From the human T2T-CHM13v2.0 reference genome, Homo sapiens: a DNA stretch of 64,000 nucleotides. Shown one piece after another: positions 1 to 11,994 of this stretch. The stretch lies in the NCBI RefSeq assembly GCF_009914755.1, contig NC_060927.1; one strand, written 5' to 3'. The position numbers and the translations under genes are program-made. The notes under the pieces were generated by a model. That model saw only the letters and a list, made by a program, of their open reading frames with translations, did no database searches and had not been told where the DNA came from. Each line of letters begins with the position of its first letter. Position 1 is the stretch's first letter.

Positions 1-360
1 CTTAAACGCACAAGAAGTAGGTGAAAAGCAGGTCCTGGGTAATGTGATTAGCACCAGACTAGATTATCCCAAGTGCTTTGATAGGAGAGAGAAAGGGAAC
101 GGTCCCCTGGTACCCAGCCCGCGCTGTCACCGCCGTTATTGATTTGAAGTGTCCCCACTCCCACCCCCACCTCCCCTTCTTCAGGCCCCAGGGCTGGTGA
201 TGAGCTCGTGTTTGCCAAACCTAACACCTCACCCTCCGGCCAACGCGAGAATCCGAGTATCCCCCACGCCCTCTCAAGCTTGGATGCCGTTCCCATCCGA
301 CCACTGCCTTTGGCTCACACCAGAGTTCTGCAGAGATGTCACCGCGAGGACACCCAAACA
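1..360. promoter_or_regulatory. GC/CpG-enriched edge, probably the upstream flank of the HEG1 promoter (gene body outside the window)
   Basis: CpG density is higher than in most of the window (gcgctgtcaccgccg, caacgcgagaatccgag, caccgcgagg) and there are CACCC boxes at 153-176. The HEG1 link is inferred from known HEG1-SLC12A8 adjacency, not from sequence here. Confidence 0.45.
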
Positions 361-1020
361 GGCTGCAGGGAAAAGAAAACTGTGAATTCAGGCAGGCTAG
401 GGCAAACTCATCATCAGGAAAAGAACTGCAGATCGCAAATTAAACCAAATGATGCCCAGAGAACACAGAATTTTAAATGGAAACCTATGGGGAAAGATTC
501 AAAGATTTCATGTAAACAAATTTTCTTGGTCAATAAAGTTCCATTTGTTTCCATAACCTCTCCCTCCCCAGTAAATGAATAATAAACTGTCTAAAGTTTA
601 GGACTGTAAGCCACCTCATTAAGTGAAGAAAGAGGGGCTCAAATGGGAAAATAACTTGCTCAAGATTCTGAAGGTAGACCCGAAGACGAAATGATTGATC
701 TGTGAATGACCATGTGATATTATTAATTCTGGTCTCCTAATTCAGAGTTTGCAATAATTCGCAAACGGAAACAAATAGTATTGCAACAGAAACAAATGTT
801 GCAGCTCCTTGGGGTTCTTGCGAGTTCTGTTGGGGGCCCCTGTCTGACAACCAAATGCTCGTGAAAATATGAGTATGCACCTCACTGTCAGGCCTGGCTC
901 TCCATCCTATTTCTCTGCTCTTCTCTTTTTCTCTGTCTCCAGATCTCCATGACCCACCTCCAGGAGAATGAGATCGTAGTGTCCAGGGCAGCTGCAGATG
1001 GGCCTAGGCCCACTTTCTGG

Positions 1021-1080
1021 TGACTCAGTACAAGTGAGTCATTTGGCAGAAAAACATAAAGGAGGCTGTGTATAAACAAA
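1021..1080. promoter_or_regulatory. Candidate enhancer motif cluster: two AP-1 sites, NFI half-site, forkhead motif
   Basis: TGACTCA 1021-1027, TGAGTCA 1035-1041, TTGGCA 1043-1048, ATAAACA 1072-1078. Confidence 0.4.
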
Positions 1081-2014
1081 CTCACCTTAAATGAGAGAAT
1101 GAGGAGTAAAGATTTGGTTTTATTTTGTTTTGTTTTTAAACAAACCAGCTTTCCAGGGCTCTAACACAGAACTTCCAGGTCTCTCCAAGAAAGTACCAAA
1201 CAGTAATCTCCCTGAAACTGACTTGGTTTGCTCCCATGGCCTGAGCTTAACTTCTCTGGATGCTGCTCTCACATTAACAGGCAGGACTGCACAGCTGCCC
1301 AGACCCAGCCAGACAAGCCCCAACAGACTAGGACTGTGCTCAGAGGTTCTGGTCACTGCCACTCCCTCCCCTCCAAGGAGACCATGTCACATAGTACTGG
1401 TTGCACTCCCAGGCAAGTGGAAAGGTTTAAGGGTAGAATGGCCCTTACAGGCTTCTCGTGTGGATTCAGGGATCCTATGAGATAATCTGCCTTCTCTACT
1501 AAGACCCAAGGAGTAAACATGTACCTGCCACCTCCCCCCAATCCTCCCCCACCCCCCAATCCCACCCCACTTTAAGTACCACAGGTTTATCTCTCTCTAA
1601 TCTTCTCTCTGCCTTCTAAGAGAAATGACCGAGTTCAGGGTAACTGTCAGCTAGAAAGGGCTTAACCAGCAGATTAGGAGAGGGACACACAGGGAGAACT
1701 TGGAAAGATTGATCAAGGTGTAGATGGATTTCAGCTCTTTTTCTTCTCCTCCTAAGGCAGAACAAGAGAAAACAGCAAGACAGCAAGAGAGAACTGGATG
1801 CAGTATAGAACCTTGGAAAGAACAGTTGACTTGGTCCTAGAGCCCTTGCTTCTTTTCTGGCCTTTACCACTGTTTAATTGTGTGATTGGGCCATAGTTTC
1901 CAATCTCTAAAACAAAGATGGTCCTGGATGATTGCTAAGGAGTGTTCTAGCTCTGATGTTTTAGAGTTCAGTAAAGAACTTCTGGCACAGTAGCAAGGAG
2001 GTATGAAATAGGTA

Positions 2015-2104
2015 TCTCCCATCCAAGTACTAACCAGACTCAAGCCTGCTTAGTTTCTGAGATCAGAAAATATCAGGCACTTTTAGGGTGGTACAGCCAT
2101 AGAC
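2015..2104 (-). pseudogene. 5S rRNA pseudogene, 3'-truncated at about nt 90
   Basis: Minus strand reads GTCTATGGCTGTACCACCCTAAAAGTGCCTGATATTTTCTGATCTCAGAAACTAAGCAGGCTTGAGTCTGGTTAGTACTTGGATGGGAGA, colinear with 5S rRNA nt 1-90 and showing CpG decay. Confidence 0.93.
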
Positions 2105-2466
2105 TAAAACAGTTATCTAAGAACATTTGTAGTGTTTTCTTCCCAGGGATATGAAAATCCAGACAAGATTCTTGATCATCTCAGATAGCTTGAGAGGTCC
2201 TATCTGGAGCCAGGGTCATAAATCAGACGACTTCTCAGACCCATTCCAGCCCTGGGAATCTGTTGATCTAGGATAAAACAGGTGGGAAGACAGCCCAGAA
2301 CAAATTCCAGGACTGAGTGAGTTAACAGGCATTCCTAACCTCTCCACAGGTAGGAGTGGGGGCACCCCAATGTAATTGACAGTGAAATCAGCAGGGAGCC
2401 CAGTGTCTTTGCCACCTGAAACTTGATGTAGTCAGAGCTTTCGCCAGGGGTTTCCTGCCTCTACTT

Positions 2467-2945
2467 GTGTTAATCAGACTAGGCTAGGCTATAGTAACAA
2501 ATAGGCCACCCAGATGCAGCAGCTTAGCACCATGTGTTTCATTCTTGTTACCTTAACAGCCTTAGACACCGATGTTCAGCTCAGTAGGCTGTGTGAAGAA
2601 GCTGTCCATTGAGCTGAACATCAGTGTCTAAGGCTGTTAAAGGAACAAGAATCCACATTATGCATCCACGTTATGGTGGTTCTGCCATACTCTAGTATGG
2701 CTTCCAAAGTTGCTCTGGGAATTGGCATCCCAGTCAGCCAGAGGTGAAAAGAATGTGGTGGTGTGAGCAGAGGAGGTTTTGGTGGGCCCGGTCTGGAAGT
2801 GCCTCATCTCCTCTTACATTCCACTGGAGAGAGCATGGTCACATGGCTCACCCAACTGCACAGGGGGCTGGGAAATGTAGTCTAACCATACAGGCAAAGA
2901 AGGGGAGAAGGGATTTGGGTAGACCGCTAACCATCTCTGCCCTAC
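2467..2945 (-). mobile_element. Old MaLR LTR (MLT1 family)
   Basis: Typical MLT1 motifs such as ggtcacatggct...aactgcacagggggctgggaaatgtagtct. Confidence 0.65.
2541..2652. repeat. Inverted repeat, 43-bp arms (40/43 match), 26-nt loop
   Basis: 2541-2583 attcttgttaccttaacagccttagacaccgatgttcagctca versus the reverse complement of 2610-2652. Confidence 0.95.
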
Positions 2946-3859
2946 CTCTAGATATCAGTAGGGCAGGGAAAGAAAGGGAGAGTAAAAAGATTCATCTTTT
3001 GGTCTCAGTTTCCTTCTTTATGAGGGTGTTGAATCAAATGATCTCTCAAGGCCCATCTAATCTAACATTCAGTGGTGTGAAGGGGCCATGAAATGTCCTT
3101 CCACACCAAAGTGAACAAACTGTGCAGGTTCCTGCCACAGCAGACCTGCAGCTTGAGGAGGCCTCCTCTGCTGATTGGTCTGACTGGTAGACTTGACAGA
3201 GAGGACCTTGGGTTCTCTCTAAGTTCTGTTCCAAAGCGATTCTCATTTCTTGGCCAAGTCAGGTGATCTCTATTGATCTGTCTCCTTAGCTGCCTAGCGG
3301 GGAGAAAAATCATTTCCCTCTGCTGCCTCTTGGGGTTGTCCTGAGGATATGATGAGATCACTGACCAGAAGGCACCAGGAACTCTTCTGACTAAAGTGCT
3401 CTGCATGATGCCCTTATTGTAGCCAGAGCCTTTTATAACACTGCATTCTAACCTGGCCCCACGGTGTGCCCAGTTCCTGAGGATGGTGCCTGTGCAGGAT
3501 TTCATGTGGGTTGGCATTGCCATGGCTGGGATGCAGTGCCAGATGCACAGCAGTAATATCCTACGGACACTCAGGACTCTGGTGACTACGGGTCCCTGAG
3601 GGCTGACAGATCAGTTAATAGACCCCTGGATTGAGTTTCACCTAGGGACAGGTAGGCTGGGCCCACAGATCACTGTCTCCACTGGGGCATCTGGCCGGCT
3701 TCTCTGTTATCTGCTCATCACCCTATTAAACCCTGAGTCTGTTTACTCATCCTCTCATCTGCTTGTCCCCTCCCACTCTCAATCTACAAGGTGCTTTCTG
3801 GGATGCTCTGTGCTTTATTCATCTTTATATCCTCAAAATCCAACATAAGACTTTCTTTT

Positions 3860-5500
3860 ATTTAGTCATTCAACAAATATTTACTGAGTGACTACACTGT
3901 GCCCAGCACTGTGCTGAGTGCTGGGCAAGTCTGTGACATCGTAGAGCTTAAGGGTTTGGAGGAGACAGACAGTAATTAAGAGTATAAATGTAAACTTGTC
4001 ATGTGTAAGTGCTCGAAGGAGAGCACTCAGGAGGGTGTGCTGGGTTTCCCTGTGGACATGAAATTGAGCCCTGATCCGAAAGCTGTGTAGGCTGTTAACC
4101 AGGCGAAGCAGAGTGGGGAGAGTATATGCAAAGCACCTGAGGCAGGAGGAAGTGGGATGCATGGAAAGGACTGGAAGAGAGCCATTGTGGCTGAGGTAGA
4201 GAGTGAGGAAGAGCATGGAAGGAGGTAAGCCTGGAGACTTTGATAGGAACTAAATCAGGGAGACCTAACAGCTCATTTTAAGGATTTTTTATTTATTTTA
4301 AGAGTTTAAGGAAGTCATTATAAAGTGTTAAGTAGAGAAGGTAGAGTACAGTGAAGGTGGAGGAGGAGGAGGAGGAGTTAAGGGGCGAGGGGTGACATGA
4401 TTTGGGATTGGAAATCATCATTCTAACTATAATAAGAGGAATAATTTAGAAAGAAACAAGAACTCATGCCCGGACTCTTGGAGTCCAGGTGGGAAGTGAT
4501 AATTCTTGGATAAGAGTAATAGAAGTGAATTCAGAGGAGAATATGGATGTGAGAGATTGCAGTAGGTAAAATCCACCAGACATGTTGATGGACATGGAGG
4601 ATGAGGGAGAGAGAGAGAGTGGCAAGGTTTCTCAGGTTTCTGGTTTGCATGGGTTGGATGGATGGTGGTACCATTCACAAGGAGAGGGAACGGTGGACAA
4701 GAACTATTTGAATCTGCAGACTTGGAACTGAAGGGAGAGGTCCAAGTTTAAGGTTTGGAGTACAAGGGGATGGAATTAAGTAGGGAAGAGAGTATCATAG
4801 TCAGAGAAGACAGGCTGAAAATGAGTCCTGGGGGACACAACATGAAATGGCTGGGAGAGGAGGCTGAGCCAGAAAAAAGACTGGAAAGGAGCCACTGAGA
4901 GATAGGAGAAAACCCAGGAGAAGGTTACATCACCCCAGCAAAGGGAAGGAGATCCTGGCTCACAGTGTGCAATCCTGCCGAAAGGTCAAGTGAGGTGAAG
5001 ACTGAAAATAGCCATTCGTTTTAGCAACATAGAAGTCACTGGTGATCATAACAAAAGTGACTTCAGAGGAGTGTTCAGAGCAGAATCCACATGGAGAACA
5101 GTGGGAGGAGCGAGAGCTGAGGAAGCCGAGCTGGTGGAGATAACTTTTCAAGAGAGTTTGGCTCTGAAGGGGGAGAGTGAGCTGGGACAGTAAGTACAGG
5201 GGAATGAGTAGAGGGGAGTTCTTGTTTTTAGGGGGAACATTTGGACGTGAAAATGGTCTGTGTGGGAGGGAGAAAGTCAAAGGTGATGGGATAAGGTTTC
5301 TGAGAAGCAGGAGGGGATGGACTCCGTAGCCCAGGTGGACAGACTGGCCTGGGAGGAGGAAAAGAGGAGAGCGTGGGGCACTGCAGGGCCTGGACTTCCC
5401 TCTGGGGACTTCAGTTTTCTTGGTAAAGTAGGGGACTTGACTTGTAAGAGAGGCTACTTGCTGTGAGTGGAGGGAATGTAGGGGCGGGCCTGAGGGATTT
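3860..5500 (-). mobile_element. LINE2 remnant
   Basis: L2 3' end (tcattcaacaaatatttactgag). ORF 4960..5520 retains the degenerate RT motif HSSEVTFVMITSDFYVAKTNGYF. Confidence 0.8.
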
Positions 5501-5520
5501 GAAATTTTGAGAAACACCAA

Positions 5521-5960
5521 TGTATTCTTTTCCTAGAGCTGCTGTAACAAAGTCCCACAAACTGGGTGGCCTAAAACAACAGAAATGTATCCTGTCACTG
5601 TTGTGGAGGCTGGAATTCTGAAATCAAGATGTCAGCGGAACCATGCTCCCTCTGAAGGCTCCAGGAGAGAGCTCTTCCTTGCCTCTTCCTAGCTTTGGCG
5701 GTGGTTGGCAATGCTTGCTGTTCCTTGGCTTGTAGCCCCTGCCTCAATCATCATGTGGTCTTCTTCCCACTGTGTGTGTCTGTCTTCACATGGTCTTCTT
5801 AGAAAGACGCTGTTACTGGATTTAGGACCCCTTATAATCCAGTCTGATCTTATTTTATTCACATCTGCAAAGACGCTATTTTCAAATAAGGTCACATTCA
5901 CAGATACCAGAAGTTAGGGCTTGAACATATCTTTTGGGGAGACATAATTCTATCCATTAT
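5521..5960 (-). mobile_element. MLT1B/C-type MaLR solo LTR
   Basis: Starts tgtattctttt...gctgctgtaacaaagtcccacaaactgggtggcctaaaacaacagaaat and ends tttgggggagacataattc. Confidence 0.85.
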
Positions 5961-7721
5961 CATTAAGACATTTAGAAATGGTTGTAGAGAGGGAGAGAAA
6001 TGTCCGAGCATGCCCAGCGCTGTCACGGGCCCATGGGGACTGGTGAAGATAAACCAATAGTGAGAGTATGCTGCGGCATCAGCTGCTCTCCCACTTGCTC
6101 CTCTCTGCTGACCGGCATCCTTGGGCAGAGCTGGGGCACCCCAGCCCTCTCCTGCTGCAGGGCAGGTTTCCCTCCCACAAGAACAGAACCTTGTGACCTC
6201 TCTTGACTCTTCCTCCCTTCCTGCCTCAGCCTCCATCTCTGCCTCCCATTCAGTCCCTTTCTCTGCCCCAAGGTACATGAAGAACTCTTGAAGACAGGAG
6301 CTGCAGAGCTGGCCCCACAGCACCAGAGATGTCACAGAAGAGCAGAATTCCAGCCCTCCATGGCACATGGGCTACATCTGCACTATTTTGTTCAGAGCTC
6401 CAAGAAGCAGGTGCATTGGGATTTTCACCAAAGAACGAAAGGAATAAACCCATCTCCCTATTTTTAACCCCCCAGAAGAAGCCTTATTCTCTCCTTTCTG
6501 GAATGTCAGGACCAGTGTCATTTTGTCCAGGCTGCATTGACCTCTTTGCTGGACCCCGGGCATAGGGAGCCCTTGCTGCTTCTCCACCCACCAGTGCTGA
6601 GCTCCGGGGGTGTTTGCCTTGCAGGTCCAAGGTGAGAATGTAAACACTGCAATTCCTCTGAAAACTGGCTGGAACCTCCTCCAGGGAGGAAGGGTTGCTC
6701 ATGGGCTGGCCAGGCTCCCAAACATCATACACAGCAACCCGGAGCTCCAACTTAACACAGCTTGGGGCAGGTCCTCAAATGACCTTCCGTTTCTTGTCTG
6801 CCCATCTGAGAGGACCATTCCATTCCAAACAACATTCCTTTGATAAAAGTGGTTACACACTGTAAACATCAATGAGCCAGGAACATTCTCCGGTGCAACA
6901 GGATTCTGATAAAGCAGTCCTATTTTGCAAAACCTTCCAGTGTGAAACATCCTCCCCACAGCAAGCAGGGAAATTCCTGGGATGCCACAACATTGGGCAG
7001 AGTGTCCAGGGCCCCAGGGAAGGAGCAGAAAGTCTAGAGGTGGAGCTCCCATTGTGGGCAGAGGGACCTGAGTTTTCAATCATCTGTTCATCAGTCACTC
7101 ACTCAACAAATATTTGCTGAACATGTCCCAAGCGCCAGGCTCTGATGGAGTCACTGGAAATGCAGTGTTTCCACATGACTGCAAAGCTCCCCTGACTTTC
7201 AAAAAGCAGCAATGATTTCCTCTCCCCACACAGTCCAGGTTGACAGTCGGGTGCAATATCCACACGCCTCTCTACCTCACTCCCTCTGTGAGTCTGGATG
7301 TGTTCTTCTTCCTCTCCAGCCCCCTGGGCCCTCATTCTGTTGGCTTTTCTGCTGTCACTCTCTGTTCGCAGGTATCTCTTCTTGAGTCTGTTTCTGGGTC
7401 TCTCAGTCTCTATTCTTCAAGTCTCCCTTTGTGTCACCAAGTGCTTCCCAGCCTAGCCACTCCTCTACCTCTCCATCAGTCTGCCTTACTTCCAATCAAT
7501 TCATCCCCATTTTTTTCTCCTTCCCTCTTCTGTTTCTTCTCCTTAAGTGACTGTTGATACAGAACTAGATACATTTTTCTTAGGTTGGTGGAATAGACTT
7601 TCACATTCTCTGGTGTTTAGTTCTAAAATTGATTGAAAAATGTTTGTATTCTTTAGTGTTGTCTGAATTTCTTATAAGAGTATGTGTAATTCTTTAAAAC
7701 TGTTTATTAAAATACGATGCC

Positions 7722-8084
7722 TATATTAGTCCATTTTCATCCTGCTGTGAAGAAGTTCATGAGACTGGGTAATTTATAAAGAAAAAGAGGTTTAATGAAC
7801 TCACCGTTCCACATGGCTAGGGAGGCCTCACATTCATGGCAGAAGGCAAAGGAGAAGCAAAGTCACATCTTACATGGCCGCAGGCAAGAGAGTGTGTGCA
7901 GGCGAACTGCCCTTTATAAAACCATCAGCTCTCGTGAGACTTACTCACTATCATGAGAACAGCATGGAAAAACCCACCCCCATGATTCAATTACCTCCCA
8001 CCAGGTCCCTCCCATGACACATGGGGATTATGAGAGCTACCATTCAAGAAGAGATTTGGGTGGGGACAAAGCCAAACCATATCA
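7722..8084 (-). mobile_element. THE1 solo LTR with 5-bp TSD ATGCC
   Basis: Ends gccaaaccatatca. atgcc occurs at 7717-7721 and 8085-8089. Confidence 0.92.
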
Positions 8085-8609
8085 ATGCCCGTGAAAAAGT
8101 GCCCATGAAATGCCATGCAGAGCTCCAAGAATCTCACTCACTGAACACACTTGTGTAGCCACATCTTGGACTAAAACTTGCTTATGTTGCCTTTCAATAT
8201 TCTCCCCCACATGCGTCACCACTGCCCTCACTTCTCTCAGCATGGACTCCTGTCTTTGATAAAAGACCAAATCCCTGGTTTTGTATGTTATGGAAGTGAA
8301 ATGCAGTCATATGGATTAGTTTGTGTCTAGCTTCTACTGTTCAGGACTTCACGCTCTTTGTTGCATGTAGGCATGGACTCTTCATTGTCTTTGTGAGGTG
8401 GTGGCCATTGTGGGGCTATCCCGCAATTTCTCTTCAGTTGTTAATAGGTATTAGGGTAGTTTCCATTTGCAGCTGTTACAAATAGGCTGCTGTTAAAATT
8501 CATGTATGTGTCTTTTGATGGCATGTATTACTGTTATAATCAGGAAAGAACAAAGAAAACTATTTCCATTTGGAAAGATGGGGATGGCCAAGTGGGATGT
8601 TTTCATAAA

Positions 8610-8840
8610 AGGGCTCTGGAGTACGAGACAGAACACGAGTCTTCCTTCTGGCTTCTCTATTCTCTAGTTCTACAACTTTAGGCCAATCAGTTAACCTCAG
8701 TGAGTCTCAGTTTTCTTATCTGTAAAATATGAACGGTAATAATGCCTGTCATTGGTAGGCATTACTACCTCACAGGGTAACTGTAACAATCAAATGAGAT
8801 GATGGATATGAGGAAAAAAATTTTTAAGGTGTCATGCAAA
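8610..8840. mobile_element. MIR
   Basis: Core motif gagtctcagttttcttatctgtaaaat...acctcacagggt...aaatgagat. Confidence 0.75.
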
Positions 8841-8847
8841 AAATAAT

Positions 8848-9147
8848 GACCAGGTGTGGTGACTCATGCCTATAATCCTAATGCTTTGGGAGGCTTAAGC
8901 AAGAGGATTGCTAGAGCCCGGGAGTTCAAGACTAGCCTGGGAAACATAGTGAGACCCTGTCTCTACAAAACTAAAATGAAATAAAAATTAGTCAGGCATG
9001 GTGGCATGCACCTGTAGTCTCAGCTACTTTGGAGGCTGAGGCAGGATCGCTTGAGTCCAAGAGTTCAAGGTTACAGTGAGCCATGATCATGCAACTGCAC
9101 TCCAGCCTGGGCAACACAGCAAGACCCTGTTAAATAATAATAATAAT
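8848..9147 (+). mobile_element. AluJ
   Basis: Dimeric Alu with a (TAA)n tail. Confidence 0.9.
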
Positions 9148-9414
9148 GTATTTATTTCTCTTATTAAAGAAAAAATTAACAGCAACAATGTGATGCTCTT
9201 ATCTGTTTTAAAATTTTGAACTTTTGACTTTCATTAGACATGAGAGCTCCCGAATCCCTGATCCACTGTGGGCCACAAAAGAGAAATGTCTCAAAATGTC
9301 CAATCTCCAAAGGTCTATATTTCACATGAGCAAGTGGGAACATGTGGCCTGTGCCATGTTTTTCCCCTTCCAGGTGGCTCGCATTAGTTGGGGGCTCCTG
9401 GTCTAGATGAGCAA

Positions 9415-9507
9415 CAGAAAACCCCACCGAGGATGCACCGAGGATGCACAGAGGAAAAACCCACAGAGGAAAAACCCACAGAGGATGCACAGAGGATGCA
9501 CAGAAGG
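9415..9507. repeat. Compound minisatellite (11-bp CAC(A/C)GAGGATG and 15-bp CACAGAGGAAAAACC units)
   Basis: Units in order A,A,B,B,A,A plus a partial unit, from 9425. Confidence 0.9.
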
Positions 9508-10398
9508 CCAGGTCTGGACCTGTCTTCAGACACCAGCCAGTGCCCCATCCTCTACCTTACACTGCCCAACCTCATATAGCAAGGATCTGACGAGAGTGGG
9601 CAGGAGACAGGACTCCATGTCTGCTGACCATCAGAGCCAATCTAAGACTCTTCACTCTCCGCCAGCATGGATCATCTGTTAGTTTATGCGGGCTGTTGGA
9701 GTCCACACACTGGTGAAGATAGGCAGGGCACCCTCCCACCCAAGTTCTTCCTCCCCATCCACCCAAAACAAACCTTGTGTCCTGAGGCTCATGCCGTGAA
9801 ATGTGTTGTTTCCTCAGGCCTCACCTGGATGGTTTCTACAAGGGGAGACCTCGAGCAGCCAGCCCACAGATTCTTTGTGAGCACCCACCACACTGGCAGC
9901 CCTGTCCTCAGTGCTCTGGGGATACAAAGCTACAGGCTCCCTGCCCTTGGGGCACTCCCACCTGGGTGAGGGGGGAAGTATAGCCTGAATGACGGAGAGT
10001 GATATGAGTGAGGAAGGGTCTACAGTGCGAGGGGGCTCTGAGGATGAGCAACATGTGAGAGGGGTTCTGCGGCAAGAGCTCCTGAGAGCCTCCTGGGGAG
10101 ATGGGGAAATGAATGAGAGCCTTGAAAACTACATGAAACCGGTGATTCTCAGCCCTGGCTGGACATCACCCATGCCAGGGGAGCTTTCACAAAATGCCAG
10201 TGCCTGGAACCCCCCTACTCCATCACAATCGATGGCTGTGGGGCCCGGACATCAGTGTTCTTCCAAGGCTTCCCAAGTGGGTCTAATGTGCGGCCACACC
10301 TGAAACTGAAACTTACTGCACTAGGAGATAGAGACTCAGTGTAGGCTTTCAGCAGTAGAGGGACATGATCAAAGGGTCACTCAAGAAATATTTATTGA

Positions 10399-10551
10399 AG
10401 GGAGAGGGCCAGGGTTGAAAAACTACCTCTCAGGTACTATGCTCACTAGTTGGGCAATGAGATCCCAAGAAGCCCAAACCTCAGCATCACATAATATACC
10501 TATGTAACAAACCTGCACATGTGCTCCCTGAATCTAAAATAAAACGTTTAG
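10399..10551 (+). mobile_element. 5'-truncated L1 (L1PB/old L1PA) 3' end inserted in an L2
   Basis: Contains tgtaacaaacctgcacatgtgctccctgaatctaaaataaaa. Degenerate TSD aagaaatatttattga (10383-10398) / aagaaacatttagtga (10552-10567). Confidence 0.8.
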
Positions 10552-11300
10552 AAGAAACATTTAGTGAGCACCTACTCTGGCTATCCAAAGATGAAGAAGA
10601 TGTATGTAGTGCCTGCCCTTGTCCAGCCAACAGATTAGGAGAAAAAATGGATCCATAAATATGTGTAATGTAAGGGAAGTTATTTCACATAAGTATGAAC
10701 CAAGTGCTCTAAGGACATTGAGAGTTGCTAGAGAAAGCATTCTTAGAGATATTAGAACTCTGTCCTGAGAGATGTTTAGGAGTTTCCCAAGCAAAGAAAA
10801 CAGAGGAGAACATTATACATGAAAGACAGAGTACTACACGGGTGCTGAGTCCTGTGGGGACCAGGTGTGCTCAGGGAATATTGGGAGAGGCGGACAGGAG
10901 GCTGGAAAGAATGGGGAAGGTAAACGCCAAGGGCCTGGATTCTATCTGAGCTCTCAGTATTTGAACAATGAGACAGAGGGGACAGGTCAGAAAAGAGAGA
11001 GGAAGGTAGACCAGTTAGAAGCCACAGTAGTGATTCAGATGTAAGGTGATGATGGGCTGGACCAAGGAATTGACAGTGGGAATGAGGAAGGGAGAAACCC
11101 AAGAGAGATCTCCTTAAAAGGCAATGGAATTTGGTAACAGAACAGAGATAAAGAAAGAGGGAGAGGTGAAGATGGCTCCACAGTGACTAATTTGAGGCAA
11201 CGGGATAGATAACACAGGAATAGCAAAGACTGAGGACGCTGGGTAGATGACTTAAATTTTGTTTAACTCCAAGACATCCACACGGAGATGTGTCCAAAAG
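10552..11300 (-). mobile_element. LINE2 remnant
   Basis: Purine-rich antisense L2 pattern continuing from ~10375. Confidence 0.6.
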
Positions 11301-11595
11301 GCTAGCAGAAGGACAGAAGCCGGATTGTAGAAGGTGAAGGGGGAAAATATAAGGAGAGAAAGTGGAATATCCAGATACAAACTATATACACCAGGCACTC
11401 CGCAGGAGAAGGAAAGAACAGGGGTGGCACCTGGCAGATCAGGTACCAGCGTATTTGCCAGGACTGGCCCGTGTGTGGGTAGAGACCGGAGAAAGGAGGG
11501 GGAAACAGGAGTCGCTGAGGAGATGGTCCGTAAGGCACAGGAGCATGGCGTCCAACAGAGGGGAAGAGTTTGCCTTTAGAGAGGACAGGCATGTC

Positions 11596-11898
11596 TTTTT
11601 TTTTTTTTTTTTTTTTTTGGAGACGGGGCCTCACTCTGTTGCCCAGGCTGGAGTGCAGCAGTGTGATCTGGCTCACTGCAACCTCCGCCTTCTGGGCTCC
11701 AGCAATTCTCGTGCCTCAGCCACCCAAGTAGCTGGGATTACCAACGCACCACCAAGTCTGGCTAATTTTTGGATTTTTAATAGAGATGGGGTTTTGACAT
11801 GTTGGCCAGGCTGGTCTCGAACTCCTGGCCTCAAGTGATCCGCCTGCTTCGGCCTCCCAAAGTGCTGTGATTACAGGTGTGAGCCACCACGCCTGACT
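11596..11898 (-). mobile_element. Alu (J/S)
   Basis: Poly-T followed by a full antisense Alu. Confidence 0.92.
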
Positions 11899-11994
11899 AG
11901 GGCAGGCATTTCTTAATAGAGGTAGAGATGTCTGAGAAAATGTTCCCCAGGGCCCAGGTCCTGTCTAAAGAGAATAGATCAAAATCATCTAAAG

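Noticed and set aside
4960-5520. 186-aa ORF with an RT-like motif
   Set aside because: Degenerate L2 remnant, not an intact gene.
9425-9507. Possible CRISPR-like array
   Set aside because: No unique spacers and the DNA is human. It is a minisatellite.
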